From Chrysomallon squamiferum (Eukaryota; Animalia; Mollusca), in NCBI GenBank assembly GCA_012295275.1, contig CM022679.1, positions 27,652,001-27,716,000 of the forward strand: 64,000 nucleotides of DNA, in the 5' to 3' direction. The notes under the pieces are model-generated. The model was not told the DNA's origin and made no database searches. It saw only the letters and a list, made by a program, of their open reading frames with translations. The translations under genes and the position numbers were made by a program. Positions 13,990 through 29,864 of this stretch are shown piece by piece; within the stretch, counting starts at the first letter, position 1; the number at the start of each line of letters is the position of its first letter.

Positions 13990-15078
13990 TTCTTCTTCTT
14001 CTTATTAGTATTATTATTATTATTATTATTATATTATTATGTTAATATCTACAGTATTGAATCTGGTACCATCCTTTCAAGGTTGTTTTCATCACTTTTA
14101 GTATTAATATTTCATAATGAAATAATACATAAATAACACATAACAATGAAACATTACTTAACTTGTTAGTGAATTTAATTATCACATTCTTTTTTACCAA
14201 ATCATTTCATATCATCTCAGTTGCATTAGGACACCTTCACGAAAAATTTAATCACTATAACGAAAAATTGGATTTCGATCATAATTATTTTCGTTCTTAA
14301 GCACTATCAGTTCTTGCTTCATAGTTGGTTAAACAAATAAATTGATAATTTTTAAGGAAATTAATATTTTAAGAATACAATCTTTATCCTTCTCTCGCTA
14401 AATAGATAGATAGAAAGACAGACATATACAAAGATAGAAAGATAGAAATATGTGATGTGCGGATATTAAACGTTTCAATATTCGATGTTTTTCGTTTAAA
14501 GCTGTCTCAGTTTCAACATTATTCGAAGTTTACATGTAGTAATTTATTAGGAGAGCATCAGATATTAAATACTAATACATAATGTAAAAAGGAGAGTATA
14601 CTGATTACAAAACACAAAATACCAATAATGCTTCTGGAAATGGAGAGAGAGAGAGAGAGAGAGAATGAGACAGAGAGATATTTTAGTTAAATTGTTAATT
14701 ATTTTAAGACTTCATATTCAAATAAAATTATAGAAATAGGTAAAACAGACTCATAACAGACACTTAAGTGTTTTCCATGACAATATTTTATTCAAACGGT
14801 AATTTGCCAATATTAGAGATATCAGAGCTAAATAAGAAGAAGAAGAAGAAGAAGAATAAGGAGAAGAAGAGAACAAATAAATACCCTTAATAAATGACTG
14901 ATCACAGAAGATTTTCCTAAGACAGCAGTTGAGATACATTCTTTATTTCAAAGACTATGTCAAAATGAAGAGAAAACTTCTAAACTGTTCATTATAAGTA
15001 TCTGTATAGAGGTCATCTAAAGTAAGATAAAATAAAAATGTCTCCGAAATGTGACTAAAATATAATCTATATTTTCAG

Positions 15079-15145
15079 GAAGCGATCTACCTCTAAGTTG
15101 AATGACTTCAGCAATTTGTCTAAACTCTTCGGAAACAAGGAATAA
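15079..15145 (+). other. Duplicated terminal coding exon of the peptide gene (orphan or alternative last exon)
   Basis: Intact ttttcAG acceptor; reads xKRSTSKLNDFSNLSKLFGNKE*. Confidence 0.55.
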
Positions 15146-15651
15146 ATATGTGTTTATGGATATTTATGTACGTATCTATGCATATATGTATTTATGTATA
15201 TATGAATATTTGTACGTATGTACGTATGCATGCATATATGTATTTGGATGTAAGCATAAACGTGTGTATGTAGGTAGGTAGGTAGGTAGGTGCATGTATG
15301 TGTATATGTATCTACGTATGCATAGATAGATAAATATATAGATATCGACTGAAAAATAAATGAATAGTGATAAAAATAATGTCTAATTAAAATTTCAAAA
15401 TTCTTTTGTTTTTGGCGACAGAGAGCTGATATTATTTATTTATTTATTTATTGTTTTTCTTTTCTTTTCATTTTTTTTCATTTTTTTTTCTTTTTTAGCC
15501 CCGCTTTACAGTGTCAGAAGAAAGAAATATAAGTTCAAGATAATAAAATATTGTGACATGGAAAACACTTAAGTGTCTCTTATGAATCTGTTTTACCTAT
15601 TTCTATAATTTTATTTAAATATGAAGTCTTAAAATCATTAACAATTTAACT

Positions 15652-15770
<119 letters not shown>

Positions 15771-16395
15771 CCAGAAGCATTATTAGTATTTTGTGTTTTG
15801 TAATCAGTATACTCTCCTTTTTACAGTATGTATTAGTATTTAATATCTGATGCTCTCCTAATAAATTACTACATGTAAACCTCGAATAATGTTGAAACTG
15901 AGACAGCTTTAAACGAAAAACATGGAACACTGAAACGTTTAATATCCGCACATCACATATTTCTGTCTTTCTATCTTTGTGTATGTCTGTCTTTCTATTT
16001 GCTTGAGAGAAGGATAAAGATTTTATTCTTAAAATATTAATTTCCTTAAAATTATCAATTTATTTTTTTAACTATACCAACTATGAAGCTAGAACTGATA
16101 GTGCTTAAGAACGAAAATAATTATGATCGAAATCCAATTTTTCGTTATAGTGATTTAATTTTTCGTGAAGGTGTCCTAATGCAACTGAGATGATATGAAA
16201 TGATTTGGTAAAAAAGAATGTGATAATTAAATTCACTAATAAGTTAAGTAATGTTTCATTGTTATGTGTTATTTATGTATTGTTTCATTATGAAATATTA
16301 ATGCTAAAATTGATGAAAATATCCTTGAAACGAAGGTATCAGACTAAATCCTGTAGATATTAACATACGTATAATAGTAATAATAATAATAATAA

Positions 16396-16426
<31 letters not shown>

Positions 16427-17245
16427 AAGAAGAATATTAATAATAAATAAATAAATAAATAAACGAAAAGAAAAAGAAGAAAAACTGAAGAAACATAATA
16501 GTTTCTTTATTATTGCTATTTTTATATAATCTAAGTTAAAAACTTGTGTGAAATGATTTTACTTTCTTATTATTAGTATTATTAGTAGCAGTATTGTTGT
16601 TGTTGTCGCTGATAATTTCATTGTTATCATTATTATTACTGTTGTGATTATTATTATTGTTATAGTTATTATTATTATTATTATTATCATTCTGAAACAT
16701 TCATCATCATAATCATCAATTATAATAATAATTATTATTAATATTATTACTATTATTGTTATAATTACTCTTGTTGTTGTTGTTCTTCTTCTTCTTCTTC
16801 TTATTATTATTATTATTATCATCATCATCATCATCATCATCATCATCGTTATCATTATCATTATAACAACGATTGTATATTCTTAATTTACATCGTTTAC
16901 CCAATTCTCGATCATCAGTAATGATAACTATTGTTCCAGTTGTATGAGACTAAATTACCTAATCTCAGTAACGGTAAATGAAAGAATAAAACATGTTAAA
17001 TGAAACGTCTGAATCCTACATGTTAGTGTAACGGAAAGATGATGGAGGACATTTTGACTGAGAAATATAATAGTTTGGAACACTAAAAAAAAAAAAAAAA
17101 AAAAACCTCGTAAAATTTAGATGTTGTATGTATCTATATATTCAATTCAAAAAATAAAAAATAATAAAAAAATAAAGAAATGAATATTGTGTAGATAAAA
17201 TAATAAAAATAAAAATAATATATTAATATTATTATTTATTGTGGA

Positions 17246-17305
<60 letters not shown>

Positions 17306-18218
17306 CATCATCGTCGTCGTCATCATCATCATCATCATCATTATTTATTTATTTATTATATTTATTTTTTATTATTATTATTTGTTGCTACTTTTCCATT
17401 AATATCCTTCTTATTTTTTCTTAAATAAAGAAAGCAGGAGAAAACGACGTAATTGGCAGATTTTCTATATATTAGTGTACCTGTTAAATTATAAGTTCAT
17501 TTTCTAGTATTTTGTTTTCACGCACCTCTTATTTTCTTTTTTAGTTTATCAGTTAAGAAAATGTAGTATTAACCATCGGTGTTATTAAATATACCTTTAT
17601 TGTGAATACACCTGCAGAAGATACAGAAAATAAACGAGAAATGTCATAGGTATCAAGAATCTTTTAGAAAACGGAAAAACTGTTTTCAGAGGGGATGAAA
17701 AGAATGGAAATTTAATGTGGAACGAAGACTTTATTAATATATGATTAGTAGATGTAGAAACAGTGTAGTAATTAGAAATTTAGTCTCATACAACTGGAAC
17801 AATAGTTATCATTACTGATGATCGAGAACTGGGTAAACAATGTAAATTAAGAATATACAATCATTGTTATAATGATAATGATAACGATGATGATGATGAT
17901 GATGATGATAATAATAATAAGAACAACAACAACAACAGCAACAAGAGTAATTATAACAACAATAATAATAATAATAATAACTGTAACAATAATAATAATC
18001 ACAACAGTAATAATAATGATAATAATGAAATTATCAGCGACAACAACAATACTGCTACTAATAATACTAATAATAAGAAAGTAAAATCATTTCACACAAG
18101 TTTTTAACTTAGATTATATAAAAATAGCAATATTAAAGAAACTATTATGTTTCTTCTGTTTTTCTTCTTTTTCTTTTCGTTTATTTATTTATTTATTTAT
18201 TTATTTATTACTAATATT

Positions 18219-18249
<31 letters not shown>

Positions 18250-19333
18250 TTCTTCTTCTTCTTATTAGTATTATTATTATTATTATTATATTATTATGTT
18301 AATATCTACAGTATTGAATCTGGTACCATCCTTTCAAGGTTGTTTTCATCACTTTTAGTATTAATATTTCATAATGAAATAATACATAAATAACACATAA
18401 CAATGAAACATTACTTAACTTGTTAGTGAATTTAATTATCACATTCTTTTTTACCAAATCATTTCATATCATCTCAGTTGCATTAGGACACCTTCACGAA
18501 AAATTTAATCACTATAACGAAAAATTGGATTTCGATCATAATTATTTTCGTTCTTAAGCACTATCAGTTCTTGCTTCATAGTTGGTTAAACAAATAAATT
18601 GATAATTTTTAAGGAAATTAATATTTTAAGAATACAATCTTTATCCTTCTCTCGCTAAATAGATAGATAGAAAGACAGACATATACAAAGATAGAAAGAT
18701 AGAAATATGTGATGTGCGGATATTAAACGTTTCAATATTCGATGTTTTTCGTTTAAAGCTGTCTCAGTTTCAACATTATTCGAAGTTTACATGTAGTAAT
18801 TTATTAGGAGAGCATCAGATATTAAATACTAATACATAATGTAAAAAGGAGAGTATACTGATTACAAAACACAAAATACCAATAATGCTTCTGGAAATGG
18901 AGAGAGCGAGAGAGAGAGAATGAGACAGAGAGATATTTTAGTTAAATTGTTAATTATTTTAAGACTTCATATTCAAATAAAATTATAGAAATAGGTAAAA
19001 CAGACTCATAACAGACACTTAAGTGTTTTCCATGACAATATTTTATTCAAACGGTAATTTGCCAATATTAGAGATATCAGAGCTAAATAAGAAGAAGAAG
19101 AAGAAGAAGAATAAGGAGAAGAAGAGAACAAATAAATACCCTTAATAAATGACTGATCACAGAAGATTTTCCTAAGACAGCAGTTGAGATACATTCTTTA
19201 TTTCAAAGACTATGTCAAAATGAAGAGAAAACTTCTAAACTGTTCATTATAAGTATCTGTATAGAGGTCATCTAAAGTAAGATAAAATAAAAATGTCTCC
19301 GAAATGTGACTAAAATATAATCTATATTTTCAG

Positions 19334-19400
19334 GAAGCGATCTACCTCTAAGTTGAATGACTTCAGCAATTTGTCTAAACTCTTCGGAAACAAGGAATAA
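19334..19400 (+). other. Duplicated terminal coding exon of the peptide gene (third + strand copy)
   Basis: Same sequence and intact acceptor as 15079-15145. Confidence 0.55.
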
Positions 19401-19909
19401 ATATGTGTTTATGGATATTTATGTACGTATCTATGCATATATGTATTTATGTATATATGAATATTTGTACGTATGTACGTATGCATGCATATATGTATTT
19501 GGATGTAAGCATAAACGTGTGTATGTAGGTAGGTAGGTAGGTAGGTGCATGTATGTGTATATGTATCTACGTATGCATAGATAGATAAATATATAGATAT
19601 CGACTGAAAAATAAATGAATAGTGATAAAAATAATGTCTAATTAAAATTTAAAAAAATTCTTTTGTTTTGGCGACAGAGAGCTGATATTATTTATTTATT
19701 TATTTATTGTTTTTCTTTTCTTTTTTTTTTTTTTTTTTTTTTTTTTTCTTTTTTAGCCCCGCTTTACAGTGTCAGAAGAAAGAAATATAAGTTCAAGATA
19801 ATAAAATATTGTGACATGGAAAACACTTAAGTGTCTCTTATGAATCTGTTTTACCTATTTCTATAATTTTATTTAAATATGAAGTCTTAAAATCATTAAC
19901 AATTTAACT

Positions 19910-20017
<108 letters not shown>

Positions 20018-20625
20018 CATTTCCAGAAGCATTATTAGTATTTTGTGTTTTGTAATCAGTATACTCTCCTTTTTACAGTATGTATTAGTATTTAATATCT
20101 GATGCTCTCCTAATAAATTACTACATGTAAACCTCGAATAATGTTGAAACTGAGACAGCTTTAAACGAAAAACATGGAACACTGAAACGTTTAATATCCG
20201 CACATCACATATTTCTGTCTTTCTATCTTTGTGTATGTCTGTCTTTCTATTTAGCGAGAGAAGGATAAAGATTTTATTCTTAAAATATTAATTTCCTTAA
20301 AAATTATCAATTTATTTTTTTAACTATACCAACTATGAAGCTAGAACTGATAGTGCTTAAGAACGAAAATAATTATGATCGAAATCCAATTTTTCGTTAT
20401 AGTGATTTAATTTTTCGTGAAGGTGTCCTAATGCAACTGAGATGATATGAAATGATTTGGTAAAAAAGAATGTGATAATTAAATTCACTAATAAGTTAAG
20501 TAATGTTTCATTGTTATGTGTTATTTATGTATTGTTTCATTATGAAATATTAATGCTAAAATTGATGAAAATATCCTTGAAACGAAGGTATCAGACTAAA
20601 TCCTGTAGATATTAACATACGTATA

Positions 20626-20684
<59 letters not shown>

Positions 20685-21501
20685 AAGAATATTAATAATA
20701 AATAAATAAATAAATAAACGAAAAGAAAAAGAAGAAAAACTGAAGAAACATAATAGTTTCTTTATTATTGCTATTTTTATATAATCTAAGTTAAAAACTT
20801 GTGTGAAATGATTTTACTTTCTTATTATTAGTATTATTAGTAGCAGTATTGTTGTTGTTGTCGCTGATAATTTCATTGTTATCATTATTATTACTGTTGT
20901 GATTATTATTATTGTTATAGTTATTATTATTATTATTATTATCATTCTGAAACATTCATCATCATAATCATCAATTATAATAATAATTATTATTAATATT
21001 ATTACTATTATTGTTATAATTACTCTTGTTGTTGTTGTTGTTTCTTCTTCTTCTTCTTATTATTATTATTATTATCATCATCATCATCATCATCATCATC
21101 ATCGTTATCATTATCATTATAACAACGATTGTATATTCTTAATTTACATCGTTTACCCAATTCTCGATCATCAGTAATGATAACTATTGTTCCAGTTGTA
21201 TGAGACTAAATTACCTAATCTCAGTAACGGTAAATGAAAGAATAAAACATGTTAAATGAAACGTCTGAATCCTACATGTTAGTGTAACGGAAAGATGATG
21301 GAGGACATTTTGACTGAGAAATATAATAGTTTGGAACACTAAAAAAAAAAAAAAAAAAAACCTCGTAAAATTTAGATGTTGTATGTATCTATATATTCAA
21401 TTCAAAAAATAAAAAATAATAAAAAAATAAAGAAATGAATATTGTGTAGATAAAATAATAAAAAATAAAAATAATATATTAATATTATTATTTATTGTGG
21501 A

Positions 21502-21564
<63 letters not shown>

Positions 21565-23683
21565 CATCATCGTCGTCGTCATCATCATCATCATCATCAT
21601 TATTTATTTATTTATTATATTTATTTTTATTATTATTATTTGTTGCTACTTTTCCATTAATATCCTTCTTATTTTTTCTTAAATAAAGAAAGCAGGAGAA
21701 AACGACGTAATTGGCAGATTTTCTATATATTAGTGTACCTGTTAAATTATAAGTTCATTTTCTAGTATTTTGTTTTCACGCACCTCTTATTTTCTTTTTT
21801 AGTTTATCAGTTAAGAAAATGTAGTATTAACCATCGGTATTATTAAATATACCTTTATTGTGAATACACCTGCAGAAGATACAGAAAATAAACGAGAAAT
21901 GTCATAGGTATCAAGAATCTTTTAGAAAACGGAAAAACTGTTTTCACAGGGGATGAAAAGAATGGAAATTTAATGTGGAACGAAGACTTTATTAATATAT
22001 GATTAGTAGATGTAGAAACAGTGTAGTAATTAGAAATTTAGTCTCATACAACTGGAACAATAGTTATCATTACTGATGATCGAGAACTGGGTAAACAATG
22101 TAAATTAAGAATATACAATCATTGTTATAATGATAATGATAACGATGATGATGATGATGATGATGATGATAATAATAAGAACAACAACAACAACAACAAC
22201 AGCAACAAGAGTAATTATAACAACAATAATAATAATAATAATAACTGTAACAATAATAATAATCACAACAGTAATAATAATGATAATAATGAAATTATCA
22301 GCGACAACAACAATACTGCTACTAATAATACTAATAATAAGAAAGTAAAATCATTTCACACAAGTTTTTAACTTAGATTATATAAAAATAGCAATATTAA
22401 AGAAACTATTATGTTTCTTCTGTTTTTCTTCTTTTTCTTTTCGTTTATTTATTTATTTATTTATTTATTTATTACTAATATTCTTCTTCTTCTTCTTCTT
22501 CTTATTCTTCTTCTTCTTATTAGTATTATTATTATTATTATTATTATTATATTATTATGTTAATATCTACAGGATTGAATCTGGTACCATCCTTTCAAGG
22601 TTGTTTTCATCACTTTTAGTATTAATATTTCATAATGAAATAATACATAAATAACACATAACAATGAAACATTACTTAACTTGTTAGTGAATTTAATTAT
22701 CACATTCTTTTTTACCAAATCATTTCATATCATCTCAGTTGCATTAGGACACCTTCACGAAAAATTTAATCACTATAACGAAAAATTGGATTTCGATCAT
22801 AATTATTTTCGTTCTTAAGCACTATCAGTTCTTGCTTCATAGTTGGTTAAAAAAATAAATTGATAATTTTTAAGGAAATTAATATTTTAAGAATACAATC
22901 TTTATCCTTCTCTCGCTAAATAGATAGATAGAAAGACAGACATATACAAAGATAGAAAGATAGAAATATGTGATGTGCGGATATTAAACGTTTCAATATT
23001 CCATGTTTTTTGTTTAAAGCTGTCTCAGTTTCAACATTATTCGAGGTTTGCATGTAGTAATTTATTAGGAGAGCATCAGATATTAAATACTAATACATAA
23101 TGTAAAAAGGAGAGTATACTGATTACAAAACACAAAATACTAATAATGCTTCTGGAAATGGAGAGAGAGAGCGAGAGAGAGAGAATGAGACAGAGAGATA
23201 TTTTAGTTAAATTGTTAATTATTTTAAGACTTCATATTCAAATAAAATTATAGAAATAGGTAAAACAGACTCATAACAGACACTTAAGTGTTTTCCATGA
23301 CAATATTTTATTATCGTGAACTCATATTTCTTTCTCCTGGCACTGTAAAGCGGGGCTAAAAAAGAAAAAAACAAAAAAACAATAAATAAATAAATAATAT
23401 CAGCTCTCTGTCGCCAAAAACAAAAGAATTTTGAAATTTTAATTAGACATTATTTTTATCACTATTCATTTATTCTTCAGTCGATATCTATATATTTATC
23501 TATCTATGCTTACGTAGATACATATACACATACATGCACCTACCTACCTACCTACCTACATACACACGTTTATGCTTACATCCAAATACATATATGCATG
23601 CATACGTACATAGGTACAAATATTCATATATACATAAATACATATATGCATAGTTACGTACATAAATATGCATAAACACATAT

Positions 23684-24078
23684 TTATTCCTTGTTTCCAA
23701 AGAGGTCAGACAAACTGCTGAAGTCATTCAACTTAGAGGTAGATCGCTTCCTGAAAATAAAGATTATATTTTAGTCACATTTCGGAGACATTTTTATTTT
23801 ATCTTACTTTAGATGACCTCTATACTGATATTTATAATGAACAGTTTAGAATTTTTCTCTTCATTTTGACATCGTCTTTGAAATAAAGAATGTATCTCAA
23901 CTGCTGTCTTAGGAAAATCTTCTGTGATCAGTCATTTATTAAGGGTATTTATTTGTTCTCTTCTTCTCTTTCTTCTTCTTCTTCTTCTTATTTAGCAATA
24001 TCTCTAATATTGGCAAATTACCGTTTGAATTTAAATTCAATGTATGTTCTAATAATTATAATGATTATTTTTATTGTG

Positions 24079-24131
<53 letters not shown>

Positions 24132-26341
24132 TATTATATAGTTTGTCATAGTCCGTATTATACCACCTGTAATATACATTAGTGACTTTATATTGTATCA
24201 ATTATACACTAATAAGGATAACATGCTTCACTTAGACAGTGTTTGTTTGTTTGATATTTTGAAGAGAAACAATTATCAATCAAATAATAAGTATCGGAAC
24301 TTAAAAATAAATTTGGATCCATCTCATCGTTAGTCTGTGCAAAATTCATTTAAAAATATTTATTTTAAAGCACATAAACTTATAATAGGCCAGATGTGTA
24401 TTTGCTTCTTTCATTGTGATATTAGAATTTGTTTGCAATCATGTAAATACAATTAAAATGCTTACTTGTAATTGATACTTACCAGCTGAGGAGCATAGAC
24501 AAATAATATTTTATTTTTTTTACATTTCAGTAGATATAGCAATGAAATAATTATCACATTTTTTATTATTACCATTCTTCGCTATTCATCATCACAAATA
24601 TCATTATCATCACATTCATCATCAGAATCATCAATTATTATTATTATTATTTTCGTTGTTCATGATGTTGTTTTGTATGATGGTGGTGGGCTTTCTGGTG
24701 TAAGTGGTTTGGCTGTACTGTTAGTATCATCATCATCATCATTATTGTTTTTCGTACTGTTTGCTACATACATGTATGTATGTATGTATATGTGTGTACT
24801 TCTTTTTTAGATAAATTGATACTCACCCACGACCACTCCTTCTGTTTCTGAAAAGTGAACACTGATATCAGTACTATTTAGTAAAATAACAACGTGGGTC
24901 TAAGTTGCTGTAGTTGTGGTAATAATAAAGACAGAAAAAGAAAGAGAAACATAAACTGAGTCTGTTTGTTTGTTTAATATTTTGAAGAGAAACAACAATT
25001 ATCAATCAAATAATAAGTATCGGAACTTAAAAATAAATTTGGATCCATCTCATGGTTAGTCTTCTCAAAATTCATTTAAAAATATTTATATTAAAGTGCA
25101 TAAAATTACAACAGGTCAGATGTGTATTTGTTACTTCAATTTTGATGTAAGAATTTGTTTGGTACTGTTGTAAATACAGTTAAGATCCCTACTGATAATT
25201 GACACATACCATTCTCTCAAGGGAACACATAAATAAAAATAAAAATCAATTTTTCAGCAGACATAATAATGAAATAATTATCACATTTCTTACTATTACC
25301 ATTCATCGCTGTACACATACTATTCATCAACACATATAATATTCATCGGAATCATCAATTATTTTTATTATTATTATTATTATTGTTGTTCTTGTTGTTG
25401 ATTATGTTGTTTTTTGTGTTGGCGGTTGCAGTTGTGGTGTAGGTGGTTTGGCTGTACTCACCTACGAATACTCTTTTTCAATCTGTAAAAGTGAACACTG
25501 ATATTAGTACAATTTAGTATTATCATCATTATTATCTTTGTTGTTTTAGCTGCTGTTTGCCACTCTCTCTCACACACACACTTCTGTGTGGAGATAAATT
25601 GATACACACAGATAAGCCCTACTTCTGTTTCTGAAAAGTGAACACTGATATGAGTACTATTTAGTAAAATAACAACGTGGGTCGAAGTTGCTGTAGTTGT
25701 GGAAGAAAACAAACAAAGACAGAAAAAGAAAGAGAAACATAAACTAATGATCAACTCTTAATAATTCTAATTCTTTGTTGTTATTGGATTAGAAGGAAAC
25801 ACTATTTCACAGAATCATCAATAATTATAATTATTTTTGTCGTTGTTCATGATGTTGTTTTGTATGATGGTGGTGGTCGTTCTGGTGCAAGTGGTTTGGC
25901 TGTACTGTTAGTATCATCATCATCATCATTATTGTTTTTGTAATGATAAATGATACTCACAGTGTGCTGAAACATGTGCAAAAAAGAAATATATATAATA
26001 ATATAATAAAGCGTTTTACACAAAATATGAATGGAATTAGTTCTTTCTCTATAACATATACTTGTAAATAACAGCGACCATAGGATATACAAAGAAACAT
26101 TTAAATAGTCTGAATCTGGAATCCTTCGTCTTGAATTTTCCAACCTCGTCTGATATTTATTGAGTAACAAGAACAGAAATAAATCTTACAAAATAAAATA
26201 ATTTACATTTGGATTCACATAGGAAGACAGCTAAAATGAATCTTACGGTTGATCGTAATGTTCCCATCCATCAGCTGACCCGGCCACCACTGATCCCAAA
26301 ATTAGTAAGACGAGAAACATTTTCAGTTTCAGTGCAGACAT
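23684..26341 (-). CDS. Micro-exon gene B: inverted paralog, small secreted cationic peptide precursor (up to ~77 aa)
   Basis: Exons 26341-26247, 25966-25961 (6 nt), 25630-25610 (21 nt, weak GTGTGT donor), 25482-25462 (21 nt), 24847-24827 (21 nt), 24485-24483 (3 nt) and 23750-23684. All are phase 2 and the joined frame is open: MSALKLKMFLVLLILGSVVAGSADGWEHYDQPTLNRSRAYLLKKSIRRNRRSGRGWKRSTSKLNDFSSLSDLFGNKE*. Confidence 0.65.
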
Positions 26342-27495
26342 TGCAAACCAGGTCAACTGAAACATGGAGATTTTTAGTGAAATAAATTTATTTTTTAGTG
26401 ATTAAAATATACATTTTTTTCTTTTTACGCTGATTAATATAATGACTATTATAATATATGAAATATCTACTATAGGACGATTATTTATCAAATCCAACAC
26501 ATTGTCTTATTAAATGATTGTGAATAATGTTTCATGACATTTATTAGCAGTGTCGGGATCATTAAAAATATATATAAAATGTGAAAACATCTTACCGAAA
26601 ACAGTAGTGTTATTCAACAAACTAGCAGGAAGAAAGTGTACTATATCGAATGCACGAACCTTTTAAAATAATCATGTACTAATGTAGGGACATATTTTAT
26701 AACAGACATTTGAATATTATATTAGTCTTTACAACGACAAAAAATTACAAATCTGTCAGTAAATGTTAAAATTATGACAGCTGAGAAAGATAACTGACAT
26801 ATTTTAATCTCTATATCTGTCACACGGTCTTTCTGTCCTTTAAATTTCTTTAATGTCGGGATGCTTTAATGATAAAATGTATATATATCATGCGAAAATA
26901 TCAAAAACAGTTGTGTTATTCAACAGCCTTCCTGGAAGAATATCTATGATATCGATAACACGAGCTTTTTAAAATCATGTACGAATGTAATAAAATATTT
27001 TGTTTCAAAGATTTGAATATTATATTATTCTGTACTACGACAGAAAAGTATAAATCAGTCAAAAATATTAAAATTGTTACAGCTTAAAAAGAAAACTGAC
27101 ATATTTTAATCTGTTCATGTGTGTATATGTATGTGTGTCTGTGTATATATATGTTTGTATTGGTGTAAGCATGTATGTATATAATATGTATGTATTTATG
27201 GATAGATATATATATAGAGATGTGTGTGAATGAGTGTGCATTTCTTGACAAAGTGTATGTATATATATTTGTATGTATGTATATGTATCTATGTATGTAC
27301 ATGTGTGTGTATATATATATACACATATATATATGTTTGAATGTACATGTGTATATATGTATGTGTGTCTGTGTGTATATATATGTTTGTATAGGTGTAA
27401 GCATGTATGTATGTCATATCTATGTAATATTATGTATGTATGTATGTACAGATAGGTATATAGATGTGTGTGCACTTCTTGAGATTGATTTCTAA

Positions 27496-27539
<44 letters not shown>

Positions 27540-29196
27540 TGATAATAAAAACAGGTGGAAATGATATAAAGAAAGAAAATTCAGCATGTCAAGGGAATGG
27601 GATTATTCAGTAAATGTCAGAAATAGAAATGTACAGAACTATAAATCTGACAGGTGTAGGGAAAATGCTGATATGGTTTATGACCATTATGAGCCCTGAT
27701 GATGACTGTGATTTGTTGTGAACCTCAGTTGACCTGCAACATGGAGAGAAATTGTTAATTTTATTTTATTTTATTTTTGAGCAGATAAGTCATTAAAGTT
27801 TATTCACTGATTTAATAAATAGTCATGTTTGGTAATTTCATATTTTTATGGTGCCATAATAAAGAAGATGCTGTTATTAAAATTGTGACAGTATTAATAT
27901 TCATATTTCAAATATTAGAGGCGTTTTTAGTCTTATCTAATGTCTTAATAGTAGTAATGGTATATATTACAAACAAATAATAAATAAAACACAAAAAAGA
28001 ACAAATCGTATATTTTCTCAGTCTAGAGCATAAAAATCAAATGAATATTCAGAATAAATCCTTATTTCTTTCGTCTTTCATAGAATATTTGGTTTATTGT
28101 AATCTTCAGGTCTGACTCTACTCTGGCTTTCAACCTGTCTCTCTGAATGTATGTGTCTCTATCGATCGATCTATCGATCCATTTGTCACTACCCTGTTTT
28201 CTATGTCTGTCTGACTAATATCTCTATCTATCTATCTATGTATCTATCTATCTATCTTCTGTCTAAATATTCATCTCTCTTTCTATCTCTCTATCTATCT
28301 GTCTATTTATTTATTTATTAAGACAGAGAACATTTTATTTTCAAAATTTGAATGTTTTAATGTAACAGAGGAAACATTTTTAAATTAAATATTAAATATT
28401 GCATTATGTGAAATAGGAATATTCATTCACATTAGGAAACTTCCAGTAATTACAGTAACAACAGTACAATCGAATGACACGATTTTTCAGTTAGTTTTTA
28501 GAGAGTAGGTGGTACGATTTTTGAATTTTTTCGTCCACCGACATCTTTCAACATGAGTCATATTTACCGATCACTTTATATGTGTTACTGAAACCAGTAT
28601 TTTTAAGTCACTGAACATCAGTTTTAGTGAGTTGTTATTTTTGATGATTATTATTCAGAAATTTAAAATAAAAAAGGTTTTATGAATCATTACAAGATTA
28701 ATTATGAGACATATTCAACCCATTTATGCATATATTATACATTTAGATAGACAAGCAGATAGACAGATAGATAGACAGATGGATAGATAGACATACAGAG
28801 AGACAGATAGAGAGATAGATAGATAGACAGATGCATAGATGCATAGATATACAGTTAGCTATATAATTGGTTAAAGGGACAGGTGAATACACACAATTGA
28901 AGACTCACATGTAGAAAGACATAAACGTGTATACATGGATATTGTTCATTAAGGAGTCAGTGGTATGTAAAAACTGATTTACAAAAGTGACATTTACTCG
29001 AATACTGTAATTAACAAGAAGGAAAAAGGTATGTTGTATGTAATTCGTGTCATTATAAATATGATCCAACTTATTCCCAAATACTAAAAAAAACCAATTT
29101 TTTGTTAGACAGTTGTTTTTTCTATAGGCTCAGTACGTAGTTAATCTCACAAATACATACATGCATACATACATACTTTCATACATACATACATAC

Positions 29197-29227
<31 letters not shown>

Positions 29228-29755
29228 CATACATACATGCACATGCACATACATATGTGGGTGTCATACGTTAAAATCTCATCAACGGCATTGTTACTTT
29301 CTCGGAAATAAGAATAATCTCGTTAAACATTTTACAATTTATATTTTAAAAAGTGAGAAATATCATTTACCGATATATTTAGTCCAACTGCTACACTATA
29401 TTTATATTCTGTATAGATATGTTTTAGTTTTAGACAGTATTATTGCGCCACTAGCAATCTGTTTAACAAATATGATGCTTCATTGGATTCTAATGTATAG
29501 ACATTGTGTTTGTAATTACAAAGTGCAGACCAGTTTGATTCGGGAAAGAAAAAGTAAGTCTAAAATTAATTATTATCACTTTTCTTGATTTGGAGGACAT
29601 TCAATTTCGAAAAAAGAACAGAAGAACACTTAAGTGCACTATAAATACGATGAGGCAAAGTTATTCAGTGAAAATTTGTTCTTTTAAATATATATTATTT
29701 TACATTTATTAAAATGAAATACTGATAATGCTTACAGAAAATGGATGGATGGATG

Positions 29756-29864
<109 letters not shown>

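Noticed and set aside
25210-25215. Possible 6-nt micro-exon AGAATG in gene B (paralogous to the 3-nt exon site)
   Set aside because: Good GTATGT donor but a rare GAG acceptor, and joining it to the next 21-nt exon makes TGA. Excluded from the model, though it would be in frame if spliced straight to the last exon.
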